A stretch of 64,000 nucleotides of DNA from an uncultured cyanobacterium (GTDB lineage: Bacteria; Cyanobacteriota; Cyanobacteriia; PCC-9006; JAAUQQ01). A program made the translations under genes and the position numbers. Below, in pieces: positions 18,486-29,477 of this stretch (its first letter is position 1; each line of letters starts with the position of its first letter). The stretch lies in the NCBI GenBank assembly GCA_963718615.1, contig OY970368.1, forward strand, positions 3,296,001 through 3,360,000. Direction: 5' to 3'. The notes beneath the pieces are model-generated. The model searched no databases and was not told the DNA's origin. It saw only the letters and a program-made list of their open reading frames with translations.

Positions 18486-20411
18486 ATGGCCGATCGCCCC
18501 CTCAAACTTCTCCTGATTGATAGCGATGCAATTGTGCGACTGGGGCTCCAAACCGCCTTACAGAGCCATACTGCCATTGGGGCGATCGCGGTTCAGTCTG
18601 CTCTCAATCTGGATCGTCTGGGTGCGCTGGGCCGTCTGGACACACCTCAGGCGGTTGCCGATGAAACGCCCATTGAACAACCGGATATTGAACGACCGGA
18701 TGTAGTCCTGCTCAATCTCCTCAGTCTGTCCCAGGATGAAGGCTTAGAGCGGCTGGAGCGGGCAGTGTTTGAGTTGCGCCAGCGGCTCCCTGGGGTTCCG
18801 CTGCTAGGCTTGGAATACAGCCGACCACCTGCCCTGGCCCGGTGGGCCGAGCGGATTGCCTTGGAAGGATATTGGACCCGCAGTCGCTCTGTGGATGAGC
18901 TAGTTGAGGCGATACAGCAGCTTCAGCGGGGGCAACGGGTTTGGACCTTGTCTACGGTTTCCCAGTCTACGGTTTCCCAGCCTACGGTTTCCCGAGGATC
19001 GCCTCAGGAAGGGGAAGCGCGGGGAGCAGCCACTGTTCAGTATCAGAGGCGATCGCTCAATCCCTGGAGCCGCACCCTAGCGTCAGGCATGGCCCAAATT
19101 GAGACCAACATCCAAGCCTTGGAGCAGCAACGGCAAGATCCCCAGACCTTTGTGTTGGATCAGCTTTGGTTGGCGGGCTGGCAGCGAGAGCTTCGCGCCA
19201 GCCGGTGGCTATTGCAACGACTGGGGGGCCAACCGCTTGGAGGAAAGACTGAACCTCAGGGTTGGGAATTGGAAAATGGCTCATCGGTACCGCTCAGACT
19301 TCAAAAGGATCGCCAGGACCTGAAGACTCCAGAACGGGTTCACCCAGGGACAAGGACTCCAGGGTCTGTCACCCCAGGCTCAGGGATGTCCCAGTTCCCT
19401 CGCGAAAACCTCTCCCCCCGCCTGAATCCCGGAGGCCGAGAGCTACAAACCCTGCTGTTCGATCAAATCAGTTTGCGCATGCCGCCAGGGCTGGTGAACT
19501 ACACCGAAGAGCCCCAAGAAATCGACATTCTCAACGCCTCCCGCCGTCAGGAACTGCTGAGCACGGTGTTGCGGTGTTGGGGAGAGCTCCTGGTAGACGT
19601 CCGACTGTCCAATTTACCCCCGGAAGGCTTTGGCCGTTTTATGGGTGAGAAGCGATCGGAACTGCTTTTAGACCTCTGGCAAGCATCCCTCAGCGACTTT
19701 TTGGGCCGCTATTCGACGCTGACGCTGGAAGGAAATATGGTGGAACTGTTGCCGGTACTCCTCCAGGAACAGGTGGCCGTAGAACGTTCAATTTTGCGAC
19801 CGATTCCAGGGGTTGAGATGCTCGTGGGGGCATTGCTCTTTAGCCAGCCCGTGACAATCGATGGCACGCCCTACCGACCGACCTCGCCGGAAGCCCTAGA
19901 GCGTTTGGGATTGCTGATGGAAAATTTATTAATTACAGTGGCCAATGCCGTTGTCCAGCCGCTGCTCAATCATTTTGCCGAAGTAGATGCGATTCGCGAA
20001 GGATTTTACGATCGCCGCCTCCTCTCCACCCGAGAAATTGAAAAGTTTCGCAATAATCTTTCTTGGAAATATCGCGTGGCCCATCTCTTTCGGGAAGCCC
20101 AGGATATTTATGAAAGTCGGTATGGACTGCTGGGGTTTAGCGATCGCGGCATCGAAAAATGCACCATCTACGCCCCCCGACGCCAAGACCTCACTACCCT
20201 GACCCCCTTGCAGCAATCCGTCACGCTCATGCTCGAAGTCCGGGACGCGGTCGCCCCGCAACTTAAGTTTTTGGCCGGGTGGGTTGGCAGCGGCATGGTC
20301 TATGTCTTGACGCAAATTGTGGGTCGCGGCATTGGTCTGATTGGCCGAGGCATTATTCAAGGCGTGGGCAGTTCGATCCAGGATGTGCGCACCATGGGCA
20401 AAAATCGCTAG
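18486..20411 (+). CDS. ycf55: Ycf55/DUF3685 protein with degenerate N-terminal receiver domain
   Basis: LLLIDSDAIVRLGL receiver-like start; LEIDIL-like, ANAVVQPLLN.F, LSTREIEKFRNNLSW, LEVRDAVAP, GRGIGLIGRGIIQGVG. Confidence 0.88.
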   Translation: MADRPLKLLLIDSDAIVRLGLQTALQSHTAIGAIAVQSALNLDRLGALGRLDTPQAVADETPIEQPDIERPDVVLLNLLSLSQDEGLERLERAVFELRQRLPGVPLLGLEYSRPPALARWAERIALEGYWTRSRSVDELVEAIQQLQRGQRVWTLSTVSQSTVSQPTVSRGSPQEGEARGAATVQYQRRSLNPWSRTLASGMAQIETNIQALEQQRQDPQTFVLDQLWLAGWQRELRASRWLLQRLGGQPLGGKTEPQGWELENGSSVPLRLQKDRQDLKTPERVHPGTRTPGSVTPGSGMSQFPRENLSPRLNPGGRELQTLLFDQISLRMPPGLVNYTEEPQEIDILNASRRQELLSTVLRCWGELLVDVRLSNLPPEGFGRFMGEKRSELLLDLWQASLSDFLGRYSTLTLEGNMVELLPVLLQEQVAVERSILRPIPGVEMLVGALLFSQPVTIDGTPYRPTSPEALERLGLLMENLLITVANAVVQPLLNHFAEVDAIREGFYDRRLLSTREIEKFRNNLSWKYRVAHLFREAQDIYESRYGLLGFSDRGIEKCTIYAPRRQDLTTLTPLQQSVTLMLEVRDAVAPQLKFLAGWVGSGMVYVLTQIVGRGIGLIGRGIIQGVGSSIQDVRTMGKNR

Positions 20412-22108
20412 GGCTGAGGGCTCTGACGGGGCGGTGCCCACCAGGCTAGACCATAGGATTGGGTCGGTTGATGACGTTGCTGCTGATATTGAACGCGCAG
20501 CTTGTACCGACCCGTGACGGGAATAGGATGAAAAATATGCTCCACGCTGTCGACGCTGCTGCGGGATGACCAAATGCTGCGAGAACTATCGGTATCTTCG
20601 GCACGCATGAGGTATAAATCAAGATTATTGAGACCGCGATCGCGAAATTTCTCCCCTAGGTCATAGGCGTCATTGCTGTTTTCGTCGATCAGCTCCACTC
20701 GCCGATCCCAGACCAGCGTTGCAGCCATATAGTCTCCCGCCCGCAACGGTTTTTCTAGGACATAATCCGCATAGGTCACCGGAGGTTGGCGTCCTAGCGT
20801 AGGATCCTGAGAAGCAATCCCCACTTGGCCATAGTCCCACCCCCGAACTGCCACGGTAGTTTGGGGCGTAAACCGACCGGCACTAAACTGCTGATAGGCC
20901 CGCAGGGCATTGAGCTGGCCTGCTCCCATGAGTGGATCTAGGGGCAATGTCTGGGACCGGAATGCAGGTGAGCGGCTCCAATCATGGTTATCTTGGGCCT
21001 GTATCGTTTTCGCCATGCCCAAGAGCCTGCCATTGCCGCCATCCTGAAGCTTGTCCGCAGCATTGAGCAAAACCGCTTTCATCACCTCATGGCGACGCCC
21101 CGCTGGCCCAAACTTGGCGCTATCGCCATATTCCTGCAACAGCGCCACCGTTGCCGTGACATGGGGAGCTGCAAAACTCGTGCCACTCATGGTCGAAAGC
21201 TTGCCATCGGGATTGAGGACCTGGACCTTGTTGCCGGGGGCGACGAGACTGACGGAGTTGCGATCGCCCACATTCCGCTCCCGCCCCGCAAATCGATAGG
21301 CCACGCCCACCAGTTCATCGCCTAAATTGGCAAAGTCCACTTTGCTAAAAATGCCTTTGCTTTTTCTTGTGTAGGCAACTGTCAGACCATTGTATTGGTC
21401 CGTCGGAATCGGAATTCCCCCATCCCCCTGGTTTCCCGCTACGGTATAAAGCGTATCGTGGACGCGGGCAGACCAATCAACGCATTGGGTCAGCAGCGCA
21501 TTGCCATCCAGCAAAGGATTGAGACGCCCATCCTGGCGCAGCGATTCACCAAAGCTGAGATTGATGGCTCGCACATCAGTGCCATTTTGCAACGCCACAT
21601 GATTGAGCGTTAGACATTGTTCCGGTTGACCACTACCCGTGCGCCGAGAGCCCAAGGCCGCAGAATAGAGCCGCGCCTCCGGGGCGATGCCCAAACGGGC
21701 TTTAGCATTGCCAACCATGAGCGATGCGACGTTGTGGGCATGGACATCGACATTATTATTTTCTAGGGCCGCTTTATTTTGGTAAAACAATCCGGCCAAC
21801 GGCAGCCCCAATTCCCCCGGCGCAACTTTTTTGTCAAAACCAAATAGGGCCGGACGACCCGGCTCCACTTGACCAATGGCAATCTTACGGCCCGAAAGCC
21901 GGTAGGGAGCCTTTTGCAAGGCTAGGGCATCGATGCCCTCTGGCCCAATCGAATCTTCGAAGGAGCTTTCGACAGCCTCATCCAACGGAAAAGCCTGTGC
22001 CGGCGCGACCTGAGGACCCAGCAAGCCAGGTAATGCCAAGACCGATGCAGCCCCAAGCCGAATTGTCAGGATAAAGAAACCATCAACCCGGTAAAGATAC
22101 CTACACAT
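20408..22108 (-). CDS. Secreted S8 (subtilase) serine peptidase
   Basis: Signal peptide (AQA), HAHNVA (His), AGN oxyanion motif, GTSFAAPHV (Ser), C-terminal beta domain NLDLYL..SVEHIF. Confidence 0.9.
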   Translation of the reverse strand: MCRYLYRVDGFFILTIRLGAASVLALPGLLGPQVAPAQAFPLDEAVESSFEDSIGPEGIDALALQKAPYRLSGRKIAIGQVEPGRPALFGFDKKVAPGELGLPLAGLFYQNKAALENNNVDVHAHNVASLMVGNAKARLGIAPEARLYSAALGSRRTGSGQPEQCLTLNHVALQNGTDVRAINLSFGESLRQDGRLNPLLDGNALLTQCVDWSARVHDTLYTVAGNQGDGGIPIPTDQYNGLTVAYTRKSKGIFSKVDFANLGDELVGVAYRFAGRERNVGDRNSVSLVAPGNKVQVLNPDGKLSTMSGTSFAAPHVTATVALLQEYGDSAKFGPAGRRHEVMKAVLLNAADKLQDGGNGRLLGMAKTIQAQDNHDWSRSPAFRSQTLPLDPLMGAGQLNALRAYQQFSAGRFTPQTTVAVRGWDYGQVGIASQDPTLGRQPPVTYADYVLEKPLRAGDYMAATLVWDRRVELIDENSNDAYDLGEKFRDRGLNNLDLYLMRAEDTDSSRSIWSSRSSVDSVEHIFHPIPVTGRYKLRVQYQQQRHQPTQSYGLAWWAPPRQSPQP

Positions 22109-22161
22109 TTTGTTAGACTGATTTGTATTGCAGGATGCAGGCAATAAGAGGAACACCCGCC

Positions 22162-22866
22162 ATGACCCAATCGAAAAAGTCCACTGTTATCTCCCCTTCG
22201 ATTCTATCGGCTGATTTTAGTCGTTTAGGCGAGGAAATTCGCGCGGTGGATCAAGCCGGGGCGGATTGGATCCACGTTGATGTAATGGATGGCCGTTTCG
22301 TTCCGAATATCACGATTGGTCCCCTGATCGTCGATGCGATTCGTCCCTATACCCAAAAGCCGCTAGATGTTCATTTGATGATCGTCGAGCCGGAAAAATA
22401 TGTGGCAGATTTTGCGAAGGCGGGTGCAGATATTATTTCGGTTCATGCTGAGCATAATGCTTCTCCTCATTTGCACCGCACCCTGGGGCAAATTAAAGAG
22501 TTGGGTAAGCAAGCAGGGGTGGTGCTCAATCCTGGCACGCCGCTTGCTCTGATTGAAAATGTCTTGGATCTTTGCGATCTGATTTTGATCATGAGTGTGA
22601 ACCCTGGCTTTGGCGGCCAAAGCTTTATCCCGACCATGGTGACGAAGATTGCGCAACTGCGTCAGATGTGTGATGAGCGCGGTTTGGATCCTTGGATTGA
22701 AGTGGACGGGGGCCTGAAGGTCAATAACACTTGGCAGGTGCTTGAAGTGGGTGCTAATGCGATCGTGGCGGGTTCGGCGGTGTTTAATGCGCCGGATTAT
22801 GCAGAGGCGATCGAGGGCATCCGCAATAGCAAGCGTCCGGTAGAGCGGGAGCTGGCTGCGGTTTAG
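22162..22866 (+). CDS. rpe: Ribulose-phosphate 3-epimerase
   Basis: [49 protein letters not shown]. Confidence 0.98.
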   Translation: MTQSKKSTVISPSILSADFSRLGEEIRAVDQAGADWIHVDVMDGRFVPNITIGPLIVDAIRPYTQKPLDVHLMIVEPEKYVADFAKAGADIISVHAEHNASPHLHRTLGQIKELGKQAGVVLNPGTPLALIENVLDLCDLILIMSVNPGFGGQSFIPTMVTKIAQLRQMCDERGLDPWIEVDGGLKVNNTWQVLEVGANAIVAGSAVFNAPDYAEAIEGIRNSKRPVERELAAV

Positions 22867-22920
22867 GACGCTGCGCAATGGGCTTTCAAGGTCCAACAAA
22901 CAGCAAAGATAAAGCTTAAG

Positions 22921-22949
22921 AAAAGCGAGGACATCAGTTCTCGCTTTTT
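22921..22949. terminator. Intrinsic terminator after rpe
   Basis: AAAAGCGAGGAC-ATCA-GTTCTCGCTTTTT. Confidence 0.8.
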
Positions 22950-23042
22950 CTGTGGAGCGAGAAGGGCACGAGGCGCTATTCGACGAAGGGGTGATGACGG
23001 GGGGTTGACTATCGTAGGATGAAGGCAGTGCTCTGAAACTCT

Positions 23043-23924
23043 ATGCTGCTTCCCCTCGCCTCTCAATTTACCTCCCCTGGTCCCGTCATCTTTGACCTGG
23101 GACCCTTCTCGGTACGTTGGTATGGTCTCCTGATTGCGTCTGCGGTCATTTTAGGACTGTCGGTTTCCCGTGGTTTGGCGAAACGACGCGGGGTTGACCC
23201 TGACCTGATGACCGATTTGGCCCTCTGGATGGTGATTGCAGCAATTCCGGCGGCCCGACTCTATTACGTCCTATTCGAGTGGAGGCAGTATGCCGATGAA
23301 CCCCTGCGGGCCTTTGCCATTTGGCAGGGGGGGATTGCGATCCATGGTGCGATCCTGGGGGGGACTCTGGCGGGGCTGATTTTTGCCAAGCTCAACAAAA
23401 TTGCCTTTTGGCAGCTTTGGGATCTGGTGGCTCCGGCCTTAATTTTGGGGCAGGCGATCGGGCGTTGGGGAAATTTTTTCAATTCCGAGGCCTTTGGCGC
23501 TCCGACGAATTTGCCTTGGAAGCTTTATATCCCTCAGGAAGTCGTGGTCCATGGCCAAACCTTTTTTCCGCGACCGGTCCAGTTTGCCAATGTGGACTAT
23601 TTCCACCCCACGTTTCTCTATGAATCGCTTTGGAATCTGGGCGTTTTTGGGATACTGCTGTTTTTATTTTTTCAGGGACTTAAGCACCGTCCCCCCCTCA
23701 AGCTAGGAACCATCGCCCTAACCTATTTCATCGGCTATGGTTTGGGTCGACTCTGGATCGAAGGCTTGCGGATGGACAGTTTGATGCTAGGACCGTTGCG
23801 CATTGCCCAAGTGGTGAGCTTGGTTGCCATGGCGATCGGCGGTTTGGGTCTCTTCTGGCTCTATGGCCTCAAGCGCGAATTACCCGACGTAGTCCCTCAC
23901 GCCATCGAAGAATCGTCAACCTAG
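23043..23924 (+). CDS. lgt: Prolipoprotein diacylglyceryl transferase
   Basis: [46 protein letters not shown]. Confidence 0.97.
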   Translation: MLLPLASQFTSPGPVIFDLGPFSVRWYGLLIASAVILGLSVSRGLAKRRGVDPDLMTDLALWMVIAAIPAARLYYVLFEWRQYADEPLRAFAIWQGGIAIHGAILGGTLAGLIFAKLNKIAFWQLWDLVAPALILGQAIGRWGNFFNSEAFGAPTNLPWKLYIPQEVVVHGQTFFPRPVQFANVDYFHPTFLYESLWNLGVFGILLFLFFQGLKHRPPLKLGTIALTYFIGYGLGRLWIEGLRMDSLMLGPLRIAQVVSLVAMAIGGLGLFWLYGLKRELPDVVPHAIEESST

Positions 23925-24077
23925 GGCTCGGCAGACAAACCTGGCGAATAAAAAAATTACCAACAAAAAACCCGCTGCCAACGAGTGGCGCGGGTATTGA
24001 GTCAGGGTGCATCTACCAATTAAGTCTTCTCCGCAGCCCGTTCTCTTCCGGAACTTTTTCAAAATCTCTTTTGAGCC

Positions 24078-24962
24078 ATGTCCCTTTCTTCTGTTCAGCC
24101 TCAGTCTATTGAGCAGTCCATGAACCAGTCCATGGATGCGATCGCGCCCCAACCCACCCACCGCACGGCCCCGGCTGTCTATATTGTCGGAGCAGGTCCT
24201 GGCGATCCCGAACTGCTGACGGTGAAGGCTGCTCGCCTGCTAGCAGAGGCAGATTTGATTGTCTACGCAGACTCTTTGGTACCGCGCCAAATGCTTCAGG
24301 GCTGTCGTACCGATGTGGAAACCATCCGAACAGCCAACAAAACCCTAGAAGAGATTTTGCCGCCCATGATAGCAGCGGTGCAGGCGGGCAAAGTGGTTGT
24401 GCGGCTCCACGATGGCGACCCGAGCCTATATGGCGCGATTCATGAGCAAATTCAGGCCCTGGCTCAGGCAGAAATTCCCTTTGAAATCATTCCGGGGATT
24501 AGTGCTTACCAGGCGGCGGCGGCCAAACTGGGCCTAGAACTGACGGTGCCGGGATTGGTGCAGACAATCATTCTGACCCGAATGAGCGGGCGGACCCAGG
24601 TGCCGGACGCGGAGGAACTCTCAAGTTTGGCGGCCCACCGGGCGAGTCTGTGCCTCTACCTGAGCGCTCGCCATGTGGACCAGGCCCAGGAAAAACTGCT
24701 GGCCCATTACGATCCAGAAACCCCGGTAGCAGTTTGTTTTCGCATTGGCTGGCCCGATGAACGGATTTGGCAGGTGCCGCTGCGGGAAATGGCGGCGCTG
24801 ACCCAGCGAGAGCATCTGATTCGCACGACGATGTATGTAATTAGTCCAGCCTTGGCTGCCCAGCAGAGCGGGAATGGGGGCGACGGGGAAGTGCGATCGC
24901 GTCTCTACAACCCCGACCATCACCATCTGTTCCGAAGTGGAGCAGAGGCGAGTTCTGTCTAG
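24078..24962 (+). CDS. cobM: Precorrin-4 C11-methyltransferase
   Basis: VGAGPGDPELLTVKA, YADSLV, VRLHDGDPSLYGAIHEQ, ELTVPGLVQTIILTR, RSRLY. Confidence 0.95.
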   Translation: MSLSSVQPQSIEQSMNQSMDAIAPQPTHRTAPAVYIVGAGPGDPELLTVKAARLLAEADLIVYADSLVPRQMLQGCRTDVETIRTANKTLEEILPPMIAAVQAGKVVVRLHDGDPSLYGAIHEQIQALAQAEIPFEIIPGISAYQAAAAKLGLELTVPGLVQTIILTRMSGRTQVPDAEELSSLAAHRASLCLYLSARHVDQAQEKLLAHYDPETPVAVCFRIGWPDERIWQVPLREMAALTQREHLIRTTMYVISPALAAQQSGNGGDGEVRSRLYNPDHHHLFRSGAEASSV

Positions 24963-25102
24963 ATGTCTCTCTTTTGAGTGCAACGCGAACTCTGACCAGA
25001 ACGTAAACCTTGACGACCACACAGCTTTAACATTCCGTTCTAAGAATCGACCAGCAGGTTAAGATAAGTTTATAGATCTTAGTCTTTTCTTAACCTGACG
25101 CG

Positions 25103-25837
25103 ATGGGGCTTCTGCTACTAGGACTGGTTAGCTTTGTTTCCTGGTTTATGAGTTTGTTGGCAGGGGCGGGCAGTCCGCTGGTGCTGATTCCCTTGGTAAA
25201 TGTATTATGTGGCGCAGGGGCGGTGGCTCCGGTGATTACCCTGGGGATGCTGCTAGGAAACGGGCAGCGATCGCTCATGCTCTGGCGGCAGATCAACTGG
25301 ACGATGACGGGCTGGTATCTTCCAGGCATGGCCTGTGGGGCGGTGCTAGGAGCCTATGGTTTTAGCCGAATTCAGTGGGACTGGCTCCAGTGGATTTTGG
25401 CGTTGGGGCTGATTGCCATGGCGTTGAATCAATGGCTGGGGAAGGGAGAGATTCAGGTTAAGATTCGGGCTTGGTATTTTTTGCCCTTGGGTTTTTTGAA
25501 TGCGATCGCCTCGGCCTTTATTGGCAGCACTGGCCCCATTTTGAACCCGCTCTATCTGAACTATGGTCTGGTTAAGGAAGATCTGATCGCGACCAAGGCG
25601 TTCCACAACATGGTCCTGCATCTGATTAAGCTCGTGGCCTATGTTTATTTTGGAATTCTCCAACCCGAACATTGGGGCTATGGTTTGGTGATTGGGGCCG
25701 CAGCCTTACCGGGAAATTGGCTAGGCCAGCGGGTTTTGAGCCGGATGAATCCGGTCCAGTTTAAGCAGGCCGTTGTGGCATTTGTGGCCTTTAGCGGCGT
25801 GGTGATGCTTTGGCAGCAGGCGGTGTTGGTGTTTTGA
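25103..25837 (+). CDS. TauE/SafE (TSUP) family membrane exporter
   Basis: AGAGSPLVLIP, G..GAVLGA, GSTGP, ATKA..HLIKL, GNWLG; about 8 TM helices. Confidence 0.85.
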   Translation: MGLLLLGLVSFVSWFMSLLAGAGSPLVLIPLVNVLCGAGAVAPVITLGMLLGNGQRSLMLWRQINWTMTGWYLPGMACGAVLGAYGFSRIQWDWLQWILALGLIAMALNQWLGKGEIQVKIRAWYFLPLGFLNAIASAFIGSTGPILNPLYLNYGLVKEDLIATKAFHNMVLHLIKLVAYVYFGILQPEHWGYGLVIGAAALPGNWLGQRVLSRMNPVQFKQAVVAFVAFSGVVMLWQQAVLVF

Positions 25838-25858
25838 GAAAGAAGCTGTACTCCTCTC

Positions 25859-27523
25859 CTACTTAGACTCTGGAGAATTGCAGCGTTGCTGGGCCTGTCG
25901 TCGGAAAGCTTTTGCGGTCCCCTGGACGTTGACCAATTGCCACCCCTCTGTTGCAGCGATCGCCTTCACCGTTACCCCCGGCCAAGCCTCTCCCCGGTCT
26001 AACCGCCGCAAGACATAGGTGTCCGGCAAAAAGGGATGGGTGGCTAACTGGAGTGAGCAGAGGGGGATGACCGGGCGATCGCCATAAAAATTGACCGAAG
26101 GTCGATCAATCCGATCCGTCGTGTAAACTACAGCCCCTGCTGGAACTTGCTGCACCATCTCGCCCATGGGCTTTGCCCCAGGCCAACCATTGAGTTCAAG
26201 CACCCAGTGGGGCGAGGCCATGAGCAGGGCAATGCCGATCAGCCAGCTCCAGGCCAGCACCGGAATAAACTGAGGATCCTGTCGCCCTAGCAATCCTAGG
26301 GCCATGGCTGTGCCAATCCCGACAGCGGCGAGGGGCCAGTTGTAGGCGGGGGTTGGGTTTGCGTCCCAGAAATTGAGGTAGAGCAGGCCGCTGAGGGCGG
26401 CGATCGCCATCACCCCCAACCCCCAACCCCAACCTCGCGGATAACGCCCCGGCGTATAGGGTTTGATGCTAAAGCCACCACCGCGATGCCAAGCGTCTGC
26501 TAGAACGGGTCCGATCGCCAAGGCCATCGCCGGATAGAGGGGCATGATGTACCAGGGCAATTTAGTTTGCATCAGCGTGATTGCACCCAAATAGCCTACG
26601 GTCCAGACCAAAACCAGTTTGCTCCAGCTTTGCCAGCGCTCCTGCCAAGCCTGCCGCAGTCCCCAGGGCCAAAACAATAGCCAGGGCCAAGCCCATTCCA
26701 GCAATTCCAACAGGTAGTAATAGGGCGGCTGACGATGGTCTTCGACGGGGCTCCAAACCCGCTTGAGCGACTGGTCGATTAGACTGGCCTGAAAAAACCC
26801 TTCGGCTTGGTTCAAAATCTGGTTAACATACCAGGCTTCCGCCGGAGCCAACCCCAGGAGAATGCCCCCCCAGAGATAGGGCGATCGCCCCAACCTCGGC
26901 GTGTCCCACAGCAAAAACACCAGCAACAATCCCCCCAGGAGCAATCCCAAAATCCCCTTGGTCAGGCACATCAGCCCCATCCCCAGGCCAATGCCCAAGG
27001 CCCAGCGGGTGTCTCGACGCGATCGCACCGCTGCCCAAGCCGTCCCCAGAAAAAAGCACAAAATCGCCCCATCCAGCATCGCCATCCGGCCATGGCGAAC
27101 CACGGGGAGGAGCGTCAAATACACCGTCGTGCTAAAAATTGCGGGCAGCCGCGTCGGCCAGAGCTGACGCCCAATCCCATAGAGGATCGGTACAGATACA
27201 GCCGTGAGTAGGGCTCCAGGAAGTCTTGCGGTCCATTCATTCACCCCGCCAAAATGGTAGGCCAAGGCAATGAGACCGTGAAGCAGGGGAGGTTTGTTGG
27301 CGTAGGGGGTGCCAAAGACCGTGGGGTGGAGCCAGCCGGAGAGACCGGGCGATCGCCAAATCTCCCGCGCCACCTGGGCCACAGTCCCCTCATCCCAATC
27401 CCGCAGGATCGGTCCCCCCAAATTCACCGTAAACAAAATCAGGGCTAGCCCGGTAAAGGCCAGGATCCAGGCCCAATCGAGCAAAACATCCTGCTGTCGC
27501 CAACGGCGGAACGGAGAAGGCAT
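25859..27523 (-). CDS. ArnT/PMT-type (GT39/83) membrane glycosyltransferase
   Basis: DWDEG..AQVAREI, NKPPL, G.NEW.ARLP, GR.AMLD, LTKG, TKLPWYI.PLYP. ATG 27523 preferred. Confidence 0.9.
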   Translation of the reverse strand: MPSPFRRWRQQDVLLDWAWILAFTGLALILFTVNLGGPILRDWDEGTVAQVAREIWRSPGLSGWLHPTVFGTPYANKPPLLHGLIALAYHFGGVNEWTARLPGALLTAVSVPILYGIGRQLWPTRLPAIFSTTVYLTLLPVVRHGRMAMLDGAILCFFLGTAWAAVRSRRDTRWALGIGLGMGLMCLTKGILGLLLGGLLLVFLLWDTPRLGRSPYLWGGILLGLAPAEAWYVNQILNQAEGFFQASLIDQSLKRVWSPVEDHRQPPYYYLLELLEWAWPWLLFWPWGLRQAWQERWQSWSKLVLVWTVGYLGAITLMQTKLPWYIMPLYPAMALAIGPVLADAWHRGGGFSIKPYTPGRYPRGWGWGLGVMAIAALSGLLYLNFWDANPTPAYNWPLAAVGIGTAMALGLLGRQDPQFIPVLAWSWLIGIALLMASPHWVLELNGWPGAKPMGEMVQQVPAGAVVYTTDRIDRPSVNFYGDRPVIPLCSLQLATHPFLPDTYVLRRLDRGEAWPGVTVKAIAATEGWQLVNVQGTAKAFRRQAQQRCNSPESK

Positions 27524-27690
27524 AGAGAGGTGGGGTGAAACGGACACAGTCCAGCACTGCCAAATCCCCACTTTACCGGTTTCCTTTTCTTTTGGCCTGA
27601 CGCCCTAGAGAATGGGAAAGGTCAAAAATCAAACCGATAACCAAACGACCGTAAAAACGACCGTAGCAACGACAGTAGGAGACAACAGTA

Positions 27691-28140
27691 GTGGAACGCA
27701 CGTTTATTGCCATTAAGCCCGATGGTGTCCAACGCAATCTCGTGGGCGAAATTGTGGGCCGGTTTGAAGCCAAGGGCTTTACCCTGGCCGGTTTGAAGCT
27801 GATCAAACCCAGCGTTGAATTAGCGGAACAGCACTATGCCGTTCACAAGGAGCGTCCTTTTTTTAAGGGCCTGGTTGAATTTATTACTTCCGGTCCGCTG
27901 GTGGCGATGGTCTGGGAAGGCGACGGGGTGGTGGCTGCTGCTCGTCTGATGATTGGTGCAACGAATCCTTTGACGGCTGACCCCGGTACGATTCGTGGAG
28001 ATTTTGGCGTCAGCATTGGCCGCAATATTATTCATGGCTCGGACGCGATCGAAACCGCCAATCACGAAATTGGTCTGTGGTTCTCCGATAGCGAATTGGT
28101 GAGCTGGACGCCGGTTGCGACGCCTTGGTTGTACGAATAG
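27691..28140 (+). CDS. ndk: Nucleoside-diphosphate kinase
   Basis: [41 protein letters not shown]; GTG start with AGGAG RBS. Confidence 0.98.
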   Translation: MERTFIAIKPDGVQRNLVGEIVGRFEAKGFTLAGLKLIKPSVELAEQHYAVHKERPFFKGLVEFITSGPLVAMVWEGDGVVAAARLMIGATNPLTADPGTIRGDFGVSIGRNIIHGSDAIETANHEIGLWFSDSELVSWTPVATPWLYE

Positions 28141-28198
28141 GCTACGCTGGGTTTACCCACTATCGGCTAAGAAAGAATCGGTTGAGTCCCTAGGCCAT

Positions 28199-28222
28199 GG
28201 GGCGTGGAATTCGCGCCCCTAC
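28199..28222. repeat. GTAG-type REP-like palindrome
   Basis: GGGGCGTG-GAATT-CGCGCCCC-TAC; reads GTAGGGGCGCG... on the minus strand. Confidence 0.55.
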
Positions 28223-28386
28223 CATTTGCTTTCGTTATGGTCGTCGCTACAATAGACACTGACGAAATTCGTAGCTACCCAGATTGTCTCGTCTAGAGTA
28301 GTTTGAGATAGCTGTTTCCTCCATTTGGTGGATCTCCGTAGCTTGAGCATTTCATACTTTAAAAGGGCATCGTAGACGATTGTAGG

Positions 28387-29436
28387 ATGATCGCTGTGCC
28401 AGACAATCTTGATAGCAGAAAACTAGTCCTCGGCCAAGTCTCTGAAAATGCAAGGGAATCTCAATCCCATACATCCGTTCAACAATGGCAGATCCGGCGT
28501 ACAGGTAAGATTGGTTTAACCGTTGCCGAAATTGAGCCAGCCACGGACTTCTACTGCCATGCCCTTGGGTTTGAACCGGTTTCAGACCAGAGGTTCGTTT
28601 TGCAGGTGGGCGATCGCAATCCTCAATCTCAATTCCATTGTAATATTCAGGTTCGTATCGTAACGCTTTGCTTGGGTGATGAATCCATCGATCTGATGCA
28701 TTATCCTGACCTAACAAGTCAACCCATTCCTACAGATTCTCAAAGCAACGATCTTTGGTTTCAACACTTTGCGATTGTTGTGCGGGATATGAATTTGGCC
28801 TATGCCCATCTCCAAAAATTGGCATTTGAACCCATCTCCTCCGGCCCCCAGAGATTCCCCGCCGAAAATAAAGCTTCCGCCCATATTCGAGCCTTTAAGT
28901 TTAAGGATCGCGATCGCCATAATCTAGAAGTGATAGAATTTCCACCAGACAAAGGAAAAGAGAAGTGGCATCGTCAAACGGACCGTTTGTTTTTGGGAAT
29001 TGACCATAGTGCGATCGCCGTCGCTCAAACGGAATCTAGCCTTAAATTCTATCGGGATTTATGGGGCCTACAGGTAGCAGGGAGCAGTTTTAATGACCAA
29101 ACCGTTCAGTCGTTGCTCGATCATTTGCCGAATGCCAAGGTTAATGTAACAACTCTAGAGGCGGACCAAGGCGGCATTGGAATTGAACTGCTTGACTATC
29201 TTGAACCGAGCTCGGGTCGGCCTTTTCCCCCCGATTGGACTCCCCATGACCTTGCACATATGCATGTCGAACTGTGGGTTAAAGACCTAGAGGAGGCGAA
29301 GCATATGCTCCAGCAACAGGATCTGGCTTGGACAGCCTTTGAGCTGCGCTCCTCTCAGAATTCGTTGGAATCCTATGGGGGAATTTGGGTAAAAGACCCC
29401 AATGGTCATACTATGCTGATACGGGCAAAGGCTTAA
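28387..29436 (+). CDS. VOC/glyoxalase superfamily protein (two-domain)
   Basis: FY..ALGF, SNDLWFQHFAIVV.D, F.F.D.D.HNLE, LGIDHSAIAV, GIELLDY, DPNGH. Confidence 0.85.
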   Translation: MIAVPDNLDSRKLVLGQVSENARESQSHTSVQQWQIRRTGKIGLTVAEIEPATDFYCHALGFEPVSDQRFVLQVGDRNPQSQFHCNIQVRIVTLCLGDESIDLMHYPDLTSQPIPTDSQSNDLWFQHFAIVVRDMNLAYAHLQKLAFEPISSGPQRFPAENKASAHIRAFKFKDRDRHNLEVIEFPPDKGKEKWHRQTDRLFLGIDHSAIAVAQTESSLKFYRDLWGLQVAGSSFNDQTVQSLLDHLPNAKVNVTTLEADQGGIGIELLDYLEPSSGRPFPPDWTPHDLAHMHVELWVKDLEEAKHMLQQQDLAWTAFELRSSQNSLESYGGIWVKDPNGHTMLIRAKA

Positions 29437-29477
29437 TTTTCAGTTGCCTAATTTTTAGTAGACCAGTTTGAGGATTT

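Noticed and set aside
22091-22104. NtcA-like site GTA-N8-TAC upstream of rpe
   Set aside because: Only the minimal 6-nt match, inside the probable S8 coding start and not at activator spacing from the TAGACT -10; may be chance.
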